A DNA stretch of 64,000 bases, taken from positions 32,001-96,000 of IMG/VR virus record IMGVR_UViG_3300025133_007837. One strand, written 5' to 3'. Positions within the stretch are counted from its first letter, which is position 1. Each line of letters starts with the position of its first letter. Below the pieces are notes generated by a model. The model did no database searches and had not been told where the DNA came from. It saw only the letters and a list, made by a program, of their open reading frames with translations. The DNA is from a virus. Made by a program: the position numbers and the translations under genes. Positions 1 to 8,673 of this stretch are shown one piece after another.

Positions 1-1
1 C

Positions 2-943
2 GGCATCAACGAAGGAGGCAAGACTTCTGAAGCCTTGGAAATTGCAAGGCATTTCCTCAAGATGCCCAATTCTAGAGCGGTTTACTTCAAATGCGAAGGT
101 AGACTTAGCCCAGAGATGAGGGAGCGCTCTGGCGTGACCTTTATGGACACACGGGACCCAGAGAGCTGGAAAGACGGAACTTGTTTCATTTACGAGAGTA
201 ACATTTATGAGTCTGTCTTTGATATGATGAAGATGCTAATTCAGTTTAACGAAGAAGGAAAAAAGTATCTCTTCATACTCGACTCAGTAGACGGCCTGCA
301 AACTAAGAGCGATAGCGAAAAAGCTCTTGACGATGCAACCAAGGTTGCTGGCGGCGCTACTATTAGTTCTGTCTTCATGAAGAAAGTAGCCACTGCGCTC
401 ACGAAAAGAGGGCACATGGCTATTTTTGTTAGTCAGGTGAGAGCAGACATTCAGATAGACCCATACTCAAAAGCTCCTGTTAGGCAAACCTCTGCAACAG
501 GAGGGAATGCTCTACTGCATTTTGCTAATTGGATTCTTGAGTTCGAGGCTCGCTACAAGAAAGACTATATACTCGAGGATGACAAAAAAGCACCGGACAG
601 AGTAGCAAACAAGATATTAGGACAGTGGTCGAAAGTCACTGTTAAAAAATCTCCCAACGAAAAGACAAATGTCGTTATCGCATACCCTATCAAACGAGGT
701 AGAAAAGGAGGGACCAGCATCTGGAAGGAGCTAGAAATTGTTGACCTACTGCTACAATTCGGATTTGTCACTAAATCTGGAGCATGGATAAAAGTATCAG
801 AAGAAATAGTTCAACAATTAAAAGACAACAAGATTGAAATACCAGACAAGTTCCAAGGTAAAAATGGTCTTTTTAACTATCTAGAAGAGAATGCGGAAGC
901 TACTAATTATTTCTACAAGATGTTTAAAGAAACTTTAGCTTGA
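2..943 (+). CDS. recA: RecA/UvsX-like recombinase (5'-truncated by window edge)
   Basis: Frame is open from base 2: Walker A GINEGGKT, Walker B FILDSVDGL, and RecA motifs FVSQVR and TGGNALLHFA. Confidence 0.9.
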   Translation, partial: GINEGGKTSEALEIARHFLKMPNSRAVYFKCEGRLSPEMRERSGVTFMDTRDPESWKDGTCFIYESNIYESVFDMMKMLIQFNEEGKKYLFILDSVDGLQTKSDSEKALDDATKVAGGATISSVFMKKVATALTKRGHMAIFVSQVRADIQIDPYSKAPVRQTSATGGNALLHFANWILEFEARYKKDYILEDDKKAPDRVANKILGQWSKVTVKKSPNEKTNVVIAYPIKRGRKGGTSIWKELEIVDLLLQFGFVTKSGAWIKVSEEIVQQLKDNKIEIPDKFQGKNGLFNYLEENAEATNYFYKMFKETLA

Positions 944-968
944 CATGGAATTAAGACTGTGTTATTCT
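940..968 (+). promoter_or_regulatory. sigma70-type promoter overlapping the recA stop codon
   Basis: TTGACA-17bp-TATTCT. Confidence 0.65.
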
Positions 969-981
969 AATAAAAGATGAG

Positions 982-1072
982 CGAGCGATTTAGTTTACAA
1001 TCTCAGTGCGTACGAGCGATTTAGTTTAGACTCTCAGTGCGTACGAGCGCTTTAGTTTATAATCTCAATACG
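982..1072 (+). repeat. 3 x 31-bp tandem repeat (CGAGCGATTTAGTTTACAATCTCAGTGCGTA-like)
   Basis: Units start at 982, 1013 and 1044; the third is degenerate. Confidence 0.9.
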
Positions 1073-1112
1073 TCGTATGTATTTTAAAGGATCACTAAAC
1101 GCTTAACAAATT

Positions 1113-1306
1113 TTCCTCTCTCGACGGAGTGAGGCGGTGTGACGGAATGATCCCTCCCAAGGGGATAACGTAGCGACTGCGGAGTAGCGGACGGCCAAGT
1201 GGCAGAGTGAAATGCGGTTGAATCCGAAGTAGGTCGACCTGAAACATTGTTTCTCGGGGTCCGAAAAGGTGTTGGTAAACAATTAGTCCAACCACCATTT
1301 TTTTTA
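1113..1306 (+). ncRNA. candidate structured non-coding RNA ending in a hairpin + U-tract
   Basis: GC-rich intergenic stretch with several hairpins (CCTCTCTC-GACG-GAGTGAGG; ATCCCT..GGGGAT; GGTGTTGG..CCAACCACC followed by T-run); no credible ORF. Confidence 0.4.
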
Positions 1307-1322
1307 TAGATGCAGGCTTAAC

Positions 1323-1640
1323 ATGAGAGGCAAGAAAGAAAGATTTGGAAGTGGGCTAGTTAATTTTGCACGACACGAAGACAGCGATGGCTTTACTTAC
1401 TTTAGAGAAAAAGAAATGAAGACAAAACATTCAAAGCGAAAAGCAGAGAAGAAGACGAAGGTCAAGATGACTCGCAGTCGTAAGTTGTCTATCGCCTCAA
1501 ATAGGCAGGGTGCGATTACAATGCTGCGAGAGAGAATTCAAAGCAATTTCTCTATGACAAAACGATCATGCTCAAAAGACGGTGAGCTTGTGTCTCGCCT
1601 CAAGAAGCTGGAGTCCCAAGTGATCCAGCTACTTTCGTGA
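1323..1640 (+). CDS. basic hypothetical protein (true start may be ATG 1416)
   Basis: ORF track; stop overlaps the next gene's start (GTGA). Confidence 0.55.
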   Translation: MRGKKERFGSGLVNFARHEDSDGFTYFREKEMKTKHSKRKAEKKTKVKMTRSRKLSIASNRQGAITMLRERIQSNFSMTKRSCSKDGELVSRLKKLESQVIQLLS

Positions 1641-2053
1641 GGCTTTATAATATATACGGACGCCTCGAAAACAGAGCCGTTAACAAGTATTTAATAAAGT
1701 GGGACGGGAAAAGCAGATCAAAGCTTCAATTTGGGGTTAAGCAGTTTTTAAAAAGATACTGGAAAAGCTGCATCGTCTACGAGGAATTCCCTGTTTATGG
1801 CAGTAGAATGAGAGTAGATATCCTCAACGCCACAAAAAAGATTGCCATAGAGGTAAACGGCGCTCAACATGGCAACTTTAATAAGTTTTTTCATGCAAAC
1901 TCCAGAGTTAATTACCTGAAATCCATCAATAGAGATTTTAAAAAGTTAGAGTGGTTGGAGCAAAACGACTATAACGTAATAGAAATAGACTATAACGAAG
2001 CAGAGTCTCTATCAAAAGAGTTTTTTAAAAAAAAATTCAAAGTGGATTTATAG
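1637..2053 (+). CDS. Vsr/DUF559-like PD-(D/E)XK endonuclease
   Basis: EEFPV..RVDI..IAIEVNGAQH..RD..K..WLEQN pattern. Confidence 0.7.
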   Translation: MRLYNIYGRLENRAVNKYLIKWDGKSRSKLQFGVKQFLKRYWKSCIVYEEFPVYGSRMRVDILNATKKIAIEVNGAQHGNFNKFFHANSRVNYLKSINRDFKKLEWLEQNDYNVIEIDYNEAESLSKEFFKKKFKVDL

Positions 2054-2066
2054 TGTAATTAAACAC

Positions 2067-2375
2067 ATGGAGGAATTCGAAAGATTTGATATACCGCCCA
2101 AGCTATTACGCCAACTAAACGAGTTTTCGTATGGAGGCTTTTTGCTTTTTACTTTTGATAACCAAGGGTCTCCTAGGTATTATGCCCAATTCGATAATGA
2201 GCTCAACATGATGGCCCTACAAAAGGCGTCAGAGTATTGGCTCCAAGGAGTACACGAGATAAACGCTGGCACAATAAAGGCCCAACTATGCGGGGAGGCA
2301 CCACCTGAGCCCCCCGAGGACGACAGTGAATACAGAGAAGACGACTGGACGGACGAAGATGATTTTTATTCTTGA
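2067..2375 (+). CDS. hypothetical protein with acidic tail
   Basis: ORF preceded by the AGTGTAAT motif. Confidence 0.7.
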   Translation: MEEFERFDIPPKLLRQLNEFSYGGFLLFTFDNQGSPRYYAQFDNELNMMALQKASEYWLQGVHEINAGTIKAQLCGEAPPEPPEDDSEYREDDWTDEDDFYS

Positions 2376-2409
2376 TTTTTTATTCAGTTTGGCTTACAAT
2401 CAGGGCTGA

Positions 2410-3873
2410 ATGTCTAATATTTCATCCCTTAAGATAGAAAGGCACGTGCTAGGAGGCCTAATAAAGCACCCAGATGTCTTTTTTGACGTAGACAGGTTCA
2501 TAGATGCTTCAGATTTTGTTTCTAAAGAACACTACATAATCTACTCAACTATCAAAGATATCCTTTCGTCAGGCAAGAAGCTTGATAAAACACTGCTTGC
2601 CCATCAAATAAAGAATCTTGGCGTTTCTTTTAAAAATGAAGTAGATATATTTAACTATATAGAGGATATATCCTTTACTCAAATCAAAAAGTCAGCAGTT
2701 ATAGATTCCTGCCAAGAGCTTTGCAAGATAAGAATAAGAAGGGACATAGACGAGACAGCAGACAAACTAAAAACTTTTGTAAAAACTAACGGTCATAAGG
2801 ACGCGGACTCAATAATAGGCAGTGCAGATGAAATTTACAATGAAAAAATACAAACCTACTCAAAGATAAACGAGCCAGAAGATCTCTTTGGAGGCATTGA
2901 AGATTTAATACAAGAAAGAGCCAATGATCCTAAGAGTGAGATGGGCCTAAAGACTCCATATAGAAATTTTGACAGAATGTTTGGGGGAATAAGAAAAGGT
3001 AATATATATGCTTGGGTAAGTCGGCCGAAGCACGGCAAGTCGACTATCCTTTCTCATTTAGCGACTAGGATGTCTGTCATGAATAACTGTCCAGCTCTTA
3101 TTTTAGACACAGAGATGGCAACTGTCGACGTCCAATTCAGAATAGCGTCCTCTGCTACAGGCATACCTGTCTGGTATCTAGAGACAGGAATGTGGAAGAG
3201 CAACGAAGAGATGGTTAAAAAGTTTAACGAAAATAAAGAGAAGCTGAAGCTAGCTCAAGAAAAAGTTAAACATATGACCGTTGCCGGTAAACCTATAGAA
3301 GAAATATGTTCTATAATTAGACGCTGGTACTATTCTGAGGTTGGTAGAGGAAACAACTGCGTAATAGTTTACGACTACATAAAGCTCACAGGAGAAAAAG
3401 ACTACAATAAAAAAGAGTACGAGCTTATCGGCGAGAAAGTTAATTCCCTAAAAGAGCTTACGCTTGAACTAGACATCCCAATCTTGACAGCATGCCAGCT
3501 TAACAGGTCAGCAGAGAACGGCGTAGATGACAGCAGCGCCATCGCTCAGTCAGATAGACTCCAGTGGTTTGCCTCGTTTGTAGCTATATTTAGGAGAAAA
3601 ACTCCAGAGGAGATATCGGAAGAGGGAGTAGCTTTTGGGACTCATAAACTTATACCCCTAGCAACTAGATTTCAAGGTAGAGAGGCTCAAGGTCATCATG
3701 ATTTAGTTAGAGTACCCCAAGGCAACAGGTACAAGTACGTTCCAAATTTTATAAATTATAATATAGAGAATTTCCAAGTATCCGAGAGAGGAACCTTGGA
3801 GGACGTTATGGAAGCAGGGGCTTTTCAAGCTACCATAGATGACGCGGAACCGGAAAGAGATAACCTACTATGA
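2410..3873 (+). CDS. dnaB: replicative DNA helicase DnaB
   Basis: SRPKHGKST Walker A, ILDTEM, IVYDYIKL, CQLNR, DnaB N-terminal domain. Confidence 0.92.
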   Translation: MSNISSLKIERHVLGGLIKHPDVFFDVDRFIDASDFVSKEHYIIYSTIKDILSSGKKLDKTLLAHQIKNLGVSFKNEVDIFNYIEDISFTQIKKSAVIDSCQELCKIRIRRDIDETADKLKTFVKTNGHKDADSIIGSADEIYNEKIQTYSKINEPEDLFGGIEDLIQERANDPKSEMGLKTPYRNFDRMFGGIRKGNIYAWVSRPKHGKSTILSHLATRMSVMNNCPALILDTEMATVDVQFRIASSATGIPVWYLETGMWKSNEEMVKKFNENKEKLKLAQEKVKHMTVAGKPIEEICSIIRRWYYSEVGRGNNCVIVYDYIKLTGEKDYNKKEYELIGEKVNSLKELTLELDIPILTACQLNRSAENGVDDSSAIAQSDRLQWFASFVAIFRRKTPEEISEEGVAFGTHKLIPLATRFQGREAQGHHDLVRVPQGNRYKYVPNFINYNIENFQVSERGTLEDVMEAGAFQATIDDAEPERDNLL

Positions 3874-4814
3874 CCAGTATGGACCCTGATCAAATTAGAG
3901 ACATACTAACCGATATTGGTTACAACTTAAGCGATCAAGGTCAGTACTTCAGAACAAAGCCTTTGTATAGAGACTCTAGTAGCTCAACAGTATTGAGTAT
4001 ACGAAAGTCTGACGGCATGTGGAAAGACTTTAAGGAAGGTATAGGCGGCTCACTAGAGGACCTTGTCAGGTTAACCCTGAGACTAAAATCTAAATCTGAT
4101 ACATTAAAGTGGATGACAAATAAAGGGGTCGACTTTAATAGAGAGCCAAGGAAAATAGAACCCAAGGTTGACCAAACGAAAGTGTTTAAAAATGAGCTTT
4201 TATATAAGCTAGAGAAAGACCACCCATATTGGGAGAAAAGAGGCATCTCAAGCGAGACACTCAGCCTGTTTGAAGGTGGAGCTACATTTACTGGCAAGAT
4301 GGCTTATAGATATGTATTTCCTATATTCAATAACAAAAAACAAATAATAGGCTTTGCCGGTAGAGACCTTAAGCCAGACCAAGGAGACGACGCTAAATTC
4401 TTTAGGCCTAAATGGAAACTGATAGGGGATAAATCTAAATGGAGATTCCCCTTAATAGTTAATCATGAACTAATAAGGAAATCTAAACAAGCTATCTTAG
4501 TGGAAAGCATTGGAGACATGCTTTCGCTTTGGGAGCACGGAATCAAGAATTGCATAGTGACTTTTGGCGTCAGCCTATCTCCCGATACACTCAGCCTACT
4601 AACAAGGCTTGACCCAGATAAAATTTTTCTATCTTTTAACAATGACTCTTCAAATAATGGCGCTGGCAATAAAGGAGCATACCAAGCTAGAAAAAAACTA
4701 TTGAATTTCTTTGATAAAGAGCAGATAACCATTAAGCTGCCAAGCAAGCATAACGACTTCAACGAAATGCACATTAAAGAGCCTGCTCTTTTAAAAAACT
4801 TTTTTAATGTCTAA
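3870..4814 (+). CDS. DNA primase (DnaG-like TOPRIM)
   Basis: YVFPIFN..IIGFAGR, LVESIGDMLSL, NDFNEM; directly follows dnaB. Confidence 0.85.
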   Translation: MTSMDPDQIRDILTDIGYNLSDQGQYFRTKPLYRDSSSSTVLSIRKSDGMWKDFKEGIGGSLEDLVRLTLRLKSKSDTLKWMTNKGVDFNREPRKIEPKVDQTKVFKNELLYKLEKDHPYWEKRGISSETLSLFEGGATFTGKMAYRYVFPIFNNKKQIIGFAGRDLKPDQGDDAKFFRPKWKLIGDKSKWRFPLIVNHELIRKSKQAILVESIGDMLSLWEHGIKNCIVTFGVSLSPDTLSLLTRLDPDKIFLSFNNDSSNNGAGNKGAYQARKKLLNFFDKEQITIKLPSKHNDFNEMHIKEPALLKNFFNV

Positions 4815-5784
4815 AAATGATAAAGTACGTCTTAGCGCAAGCAAGATAAAAACACTAGATACGTGTAGTTGGCTATTCTACTCTAAGTATTTCTTAAAGG
4901 TTCCTGACACGACCAACGACGGAGCATCTAGAGGAACCATTGTCCATTTAATATTTGAGTTACTACTTAAGCCAAGACACAAGAAGAAGTACTTCAATAA
5001 ACTTAAAAAAAATCCGACAGCAATACTTAGATGCGAGCCAATTTATCGACTGTTGCGAAAACACGCCGACCGCCTCAGCGTTAACGATAAAGATAATTTG
5101 GCGCTAATCTACCAAATGCTTTACGTTGGGCTTAACCATAATTTTTATTGCAAAGGAAGTAAAAGCCTAAAGGAAGAAGAGCATTTTGAAATAGAAGGAG
5201 ATAATTTCATTATTAATGGCTTCATTGATAAAAAAGCTTTTTATAAAAATAAAATAGATATCTGGGACTACAAGAGCAGTAAGTCTAAATTTAATAAAGA
5301 AGAGATAGAGGCGAACTACCAAGCATTAATGTATTCTCTAGCAACATTTAAAAAAGACGGAGTAATACCAAATGTAAAATTTTTGTTTTTAAGGTTTCCA
5401 GATAGCCCAGAGCAAGCCGCCCCAAAACTTACAGAGGATGAGCTAGAAGGCTTCGAGATGTTTTTAACAGAGTTGGCCGATCTTCTTTCTGATTACAATG
5501 AAGACAAGGCCCTAGAGAACCTCGCAAAGAATGGGAGGAAGTATAGGTGGCTATGCGGAAGCGAAAAGCCCGGTAAGTGGATTTGTCCCGTAAGGAAACC
5601 TTTTGAATTCTACGCACTAATAAAAAAAGATTCTGGCAGAATAGTGAAAAGCGCGCACGAATCAAAAGACCTATACGCAGATGAAGAGCACTTAATAGTA
5701 AAACAAAGCTATGCAGGGTGTCCAGCTTGGCAACATGACTCTCAGCCATCAGGAAAACCGGCTTTCGATTTCTCTGATTTTTAA
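4807..5784 (+). CDS. PD-(D/E)XK (RecB/Cas4-like) exonuclease
   Basis: LSASKIKTLDTC, RGTIVHLIFE, GFIDK, IWDYKSS, QALMY. Confidence 0.85.
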   Translation: MSKNDKVRLSASKIKTLDTCSWLFYSKYFLKVPDTTNDGASRGTIVHLIFELLLKPRHKKKYFNKLKKNPTAILRCEPIYRLLRKHADRLSVNDKDNLALIYQMLYVGLNHNFYCKGSKSLKEEEHFEIEGDNFIINGFIDKKAFYKNKIDIWDYKSSKSKFNKEEIEANYQALMYSLATFKKDGVIPNVKFLFLRFPDSPEQAAPKLTEDELEGFEMFLTELADLLSDYNEDKALENLAKNGRKYRWLCGSEKPGKWICPVRKPFEFYALIKKDSGRIVKSAHESKDLYADEEHLIVKQSYAGCPAWQHDSQPSGKPAFDFSDF

Positions 5785-5802
5785 CTTGACTTTATCTTCA
5801 GT

Positions 5803-6807
5803 ATGCTGTATCCTCAAGAGAGGAAGATGGACAGCAAAAAGTGTTACGTATTATTTTGTGATAAAAAGTATTTCTACTTAATGAGGAATGCTTTGACTCT
5901 ACTGGAAAAATTTTCAAACCATAAAGTTCTAGCCTATACTGTTAATTTTTTACCCACAGAGCCCTTTAAGAATGTTGTTTGGAAAAGGGTAGATGACCAG
6001 AATTTACTTGAATACGAGAGCACTGGAAAAAATCATTTGATTAAAAATGAGTGGGGTAAGACAATGTACTCTTGCTTTCTGAAAGCCTCCGCTGTCTGCG
6101 AGTCTTTAGATACAGACTTTGATGAATTTGTCTACTTAGATGTAGATACTTTCCCACTCAAGAACGTAGATGATATTTTCATCTTAGGAGAGAGCAAAAA
6201 CCACACTTGCCCAATTCTCCCAAGGTACAATTGGGAGTATATGATGTACGGGGGAAAAGGTAGCCCCTTCACAGATGGAGGGTATGATGAATCGCAGACC
6301 TTAGAGTGGTGGCTACTTAACGAGTTAGGCCTAACTGACGGAGGCCATGAGAGACATTGGTACAGAAGCTCATGTTTCTTTTATTACAATAAAAAATCTA
6401 AGCCGTTTTGGGAAGAGGCTTCTAGTATTTCATCAGACGAAAATATAATTAAGAATCAAGATAAGTTTTTTACAGATGAATCTATTATAAATGTTTTGCT
6501 ATGGAAACACAGATGCGCAGACTTTTTTGAAAACAGCTCTGTTATTCATATTTCTAACGGCGACCAGCTTGACTCAACTAGCAAGATAGATCAATTTTTT
6601 GACGATTTAAAGAGCTCGAAGTCAGGCCCGCCACTTGTAACTAACTGGAACGGAAGCTCTCAATGCCAAGAGGCATGGATGTTTCACGGCAAAATATCTA
6701 AGTTTTTTTGGAAAGAAAATATCCTTAGCGGAGATAGAGTCTATAGCGAATCTCTTGCTAGAACCCTAAATGATTATTTCGTATACAAGTCTGTCTCTAT
6801 TCAATAA
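5803..6807 (+). CDS. putative GT-A glycosyltransferase
   Basis: FVYLDVD DxD motif, DESIINVLLWK, late FHG. Confidence 0.6.
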   Translation: MLYPQERKMDSKKCYVLFCDKKYFYLMRNALTLLEKFSNHKVLAYTVNFLPTEPFKNVVWKRVDDQNLLEYESTGKNHLIKNEWGKTMYSCFLKASAVCESLDTDFDEFVYLDVDTFPLKNVDDIFILGESKNHTCPILPRYNWEYMMYGGKGSPFTDGGYDESQTLEWWLLNELGLTDGGHERHWYRSSCFFYYNKKSKPFWEEASSISSDENIIKNQDKFFTDESIINVLLWKHRCADFFENSSVIHISNGDQLDSTSKIDQFFDDLKSSKSGPPLVTNWNGSSQCQEAWMFHGKISKFFWKENILSGDRVYSESLARTLNDYFVYKSVSIQ

Positions 6808-6812
6808 GAAAA

Positions 6813-7583
6813 ATGAAATCCATACCTTTATTTAAATCACACTACAGCATAGGAAGGTCTATACTTACGCTAGGTAATACGGAAGAGCAACAGGAGAACT
6901 TCCCCTCTTCTATAGTTGAAATAGCAAAGCGGAATAAACTTAAGTCTGTTTTTCTGGTAGAGGACAGTATGAATGGCTTCCTAGAAGCCTACAAGAACCT
7001 CACAGACTCAGAGGTAAATCTAGTGTTCGGCTATAGAGTTTCAGTGTGCAACGATAGTAAAGACAAGTCAAAAGAGTCGATAGACACAGAGTCTAAATTC
7101 GTAATCTTAGCGAGGAACGAGGAAGGATACAAGAAACTAATTAAAATATCAAGCTACGCCGCCTGTGATGGTTTCTACTATCACCCCAGAATAGATTTCT
7201 CCGTACTCAAGGAGCATTGGGACGACAAATATTTACAGCTTTGTGTCCCGTTTTATGATTCCTTTTTATTTAAGAACTCACTCACTTTTGCTGTTTGCTT
7301 TCCTAAATTTGATTTCACCCAACCCATATTTTTTACAGAGGACAACAACATGCCCTTTGACTATATAATTAAAAAGAAAGTAGAAACATATTGCCATGAA
7401 AACAAACTTCAGTCGGTCCCAGTCAAGTCTATCTATTATGAGCGCAGGGACGACTTCAAGGCTTATCTTACTTTTAAGTGCATTAACAATAGGACAACAC
7501 TAGAGAATCCTAGGTTCGACCATCTTTCTTCGGATGAGTTTAGCTTTGAGAGCTGGAAGGAGCAACAGAATGAAAAAGTTTAA
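6813..7583 (+). CDS. stand-alone PHP domain of DNA polymerase III alpha
   Basis: KSHYSIGRS, ILARNEEGYKKLIKISS, GFYYHPRID match the DnaE N-terminal PHP domain. Confidence 0.8.
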   Translation: MKSIPLFKSHYSIGRSILTLGNTEEQQENFPSSIVEIAKRNKLKSVFLVEDSMNGFLEAYKNLTDSEVNLVFGYRVSVCNDSKDKSKESIDTESKFVILARNEEGYKKLIKISSYAACDGFYYHPRIDFSVLKEHWDDKYLQLCVPFYDSFLFKNSLTFAVCFPKFDFTQPIFFTEDNNMPFDYIIKKKVETYCHENKLQSVPVKSIYYERRDDFKAYLTFKCINNRTTLENPRFDHLSSDEFSFESWKEQQNEKV

Positions 7584-8034
7584 CATTACAAAGTCAGCAA
7601 TCGCACGTGCGAAGGGCAGAGCAGATAAGCTCCCCTTACTCAACAACTCAATAAGGAAAGGAGAAGGAAGCTTAGTGGCATACATAGGAGAAGAGGTAGC
7701 AAAACATGTACTAAGCGCGGAAATAAAAGACACTTATGACTACGATTTAGTTTATAATAAAACTAAAGTTGATGTCAAAACCAAAGAGAGAACGGTTCCC
7801 CCAAAACTTTATTACGAGTGTTCGGTTGCCGATTTCAACACAAAGCAGGGCTGTGATGAATACGCTTTTGTTAGCGTATTAAATAACCTAAAACAAGCTT
7901 GGTACTTGGGGAAAATAAGCAAGACAGATTTTTACAAAAACGCAACTTTCCACAAAAAAGGAGAGGTAGACCCGGATAATAACTTTACCTTTAAGGCAGA
8001 CTGTTACAATATAGCAATTTCACAATTAAATTAA
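7570..8034 (+). CDS. hypothetical protein, possible PD-(D/E)XK nuclease
   Basis: GEE...YDYDL..KVDVKTK pattern; start set at ATG 7570. Confidence 0.5.
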   Translation: MKKFNITKSAIARAKGRADKLPLLNNSIRKGEGSLVAYIGEEVAKHVLSAEIKDTYDYDLVYNKTKVDVKTKERTVPPKLYYECSVADFNTKQGCDEYAFVSVLNNLKQAWYLGKISKTDFYKNATFHKKGEVDPDNNFTFKADCYNIAISQLN

Positions 8035-8673
8035 ATGGACGAACACTTACTAAGATTCAGAAAAGATAAAAAGGTAGTCTTTATTGACTGCGAGACATAC
8101 AACCTTTGTCTAAACTTTTGTCACAACGTTACATGGCAGGTATCTATGATACAAACAGACGGGACAAATAAAACAGACGAGAGAGACTATTATATTAAAT
8201 GGGATACAGATTTCAAAATCAGCGAGGACGCAGCAAGAATAACTAAATACGATGACGACTTTGTTCAAAAGAATGGAAAGACTCTCAAACAAACCCTGCC
8301 GACTATACAAAAATGGCTGGACAAGGCTGATTATATTGTTGGCCACAACATACTTGGCTTTGATATTTATTTAATTAAAGAGCTTTACAAGCTACACGGA
8401 GCAGATTATAGGCCTCTAATGCCAAAAGTTATAGATACTAACTGTATTGCGCGTGGAATAAAAATGGATATACCATATAAAGCTGGAGAGGACTTTACCG
8501 AATACCAATACAGAATTTACAACACAAGAAGAAAAGGTATTAGAAGCAACTTAACAGCCTTGGGTAAAGAGTTCGACATAAAGCACGACTACGACAAGTT
8601 GCATAATGCTATAGTTGATTTAGAGCTGAACCTAAAGGTCTGGAATCGCTTAAAGTATTCATTAGAACTATGA
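8035..8673 (+). CDS. DnaQ-like DEDDh 3'-5' exonuclease
   Basis: FIDCET, VGHNILGFD, LHNAIVD. Confidence 0.88.
   Translation: MDEHLLRFRKDKKVVFIDCETYNLCLNFCHNVTWQVSMIQTDGTNKTDERDYYIKWDTDFKISEDAARITKYDDDFVQKNGKTLKQTLPTIQKWLDKADYIVGHNILGFDIYLIKELYKLHGADYRPLMPKVIDTNCIARGIKMDIPYKAGEDFTEYQYRIYNTRRKGIRSNLTALGKEFDIKHDYDKLHNAIVDLELNLKVWNRLKYSLEL

Noticed and set aside
982-1072. Mini-CRISPR or guide-RNA array
   Set aside because: Contiguous tandem units with no unique spacers.
1262-1298. tRNA or tmRNA 3' end (CCACCA)
   Set aside because: No T-loop GTTC or cloverleaf; better explained as a terminator hairpin.
4807-5784. Cas4 of a CRISPR system
   Set aside because: Sits in a replication operon with no other cas genes; a generic phage PD-(D/E)XK nuclease.
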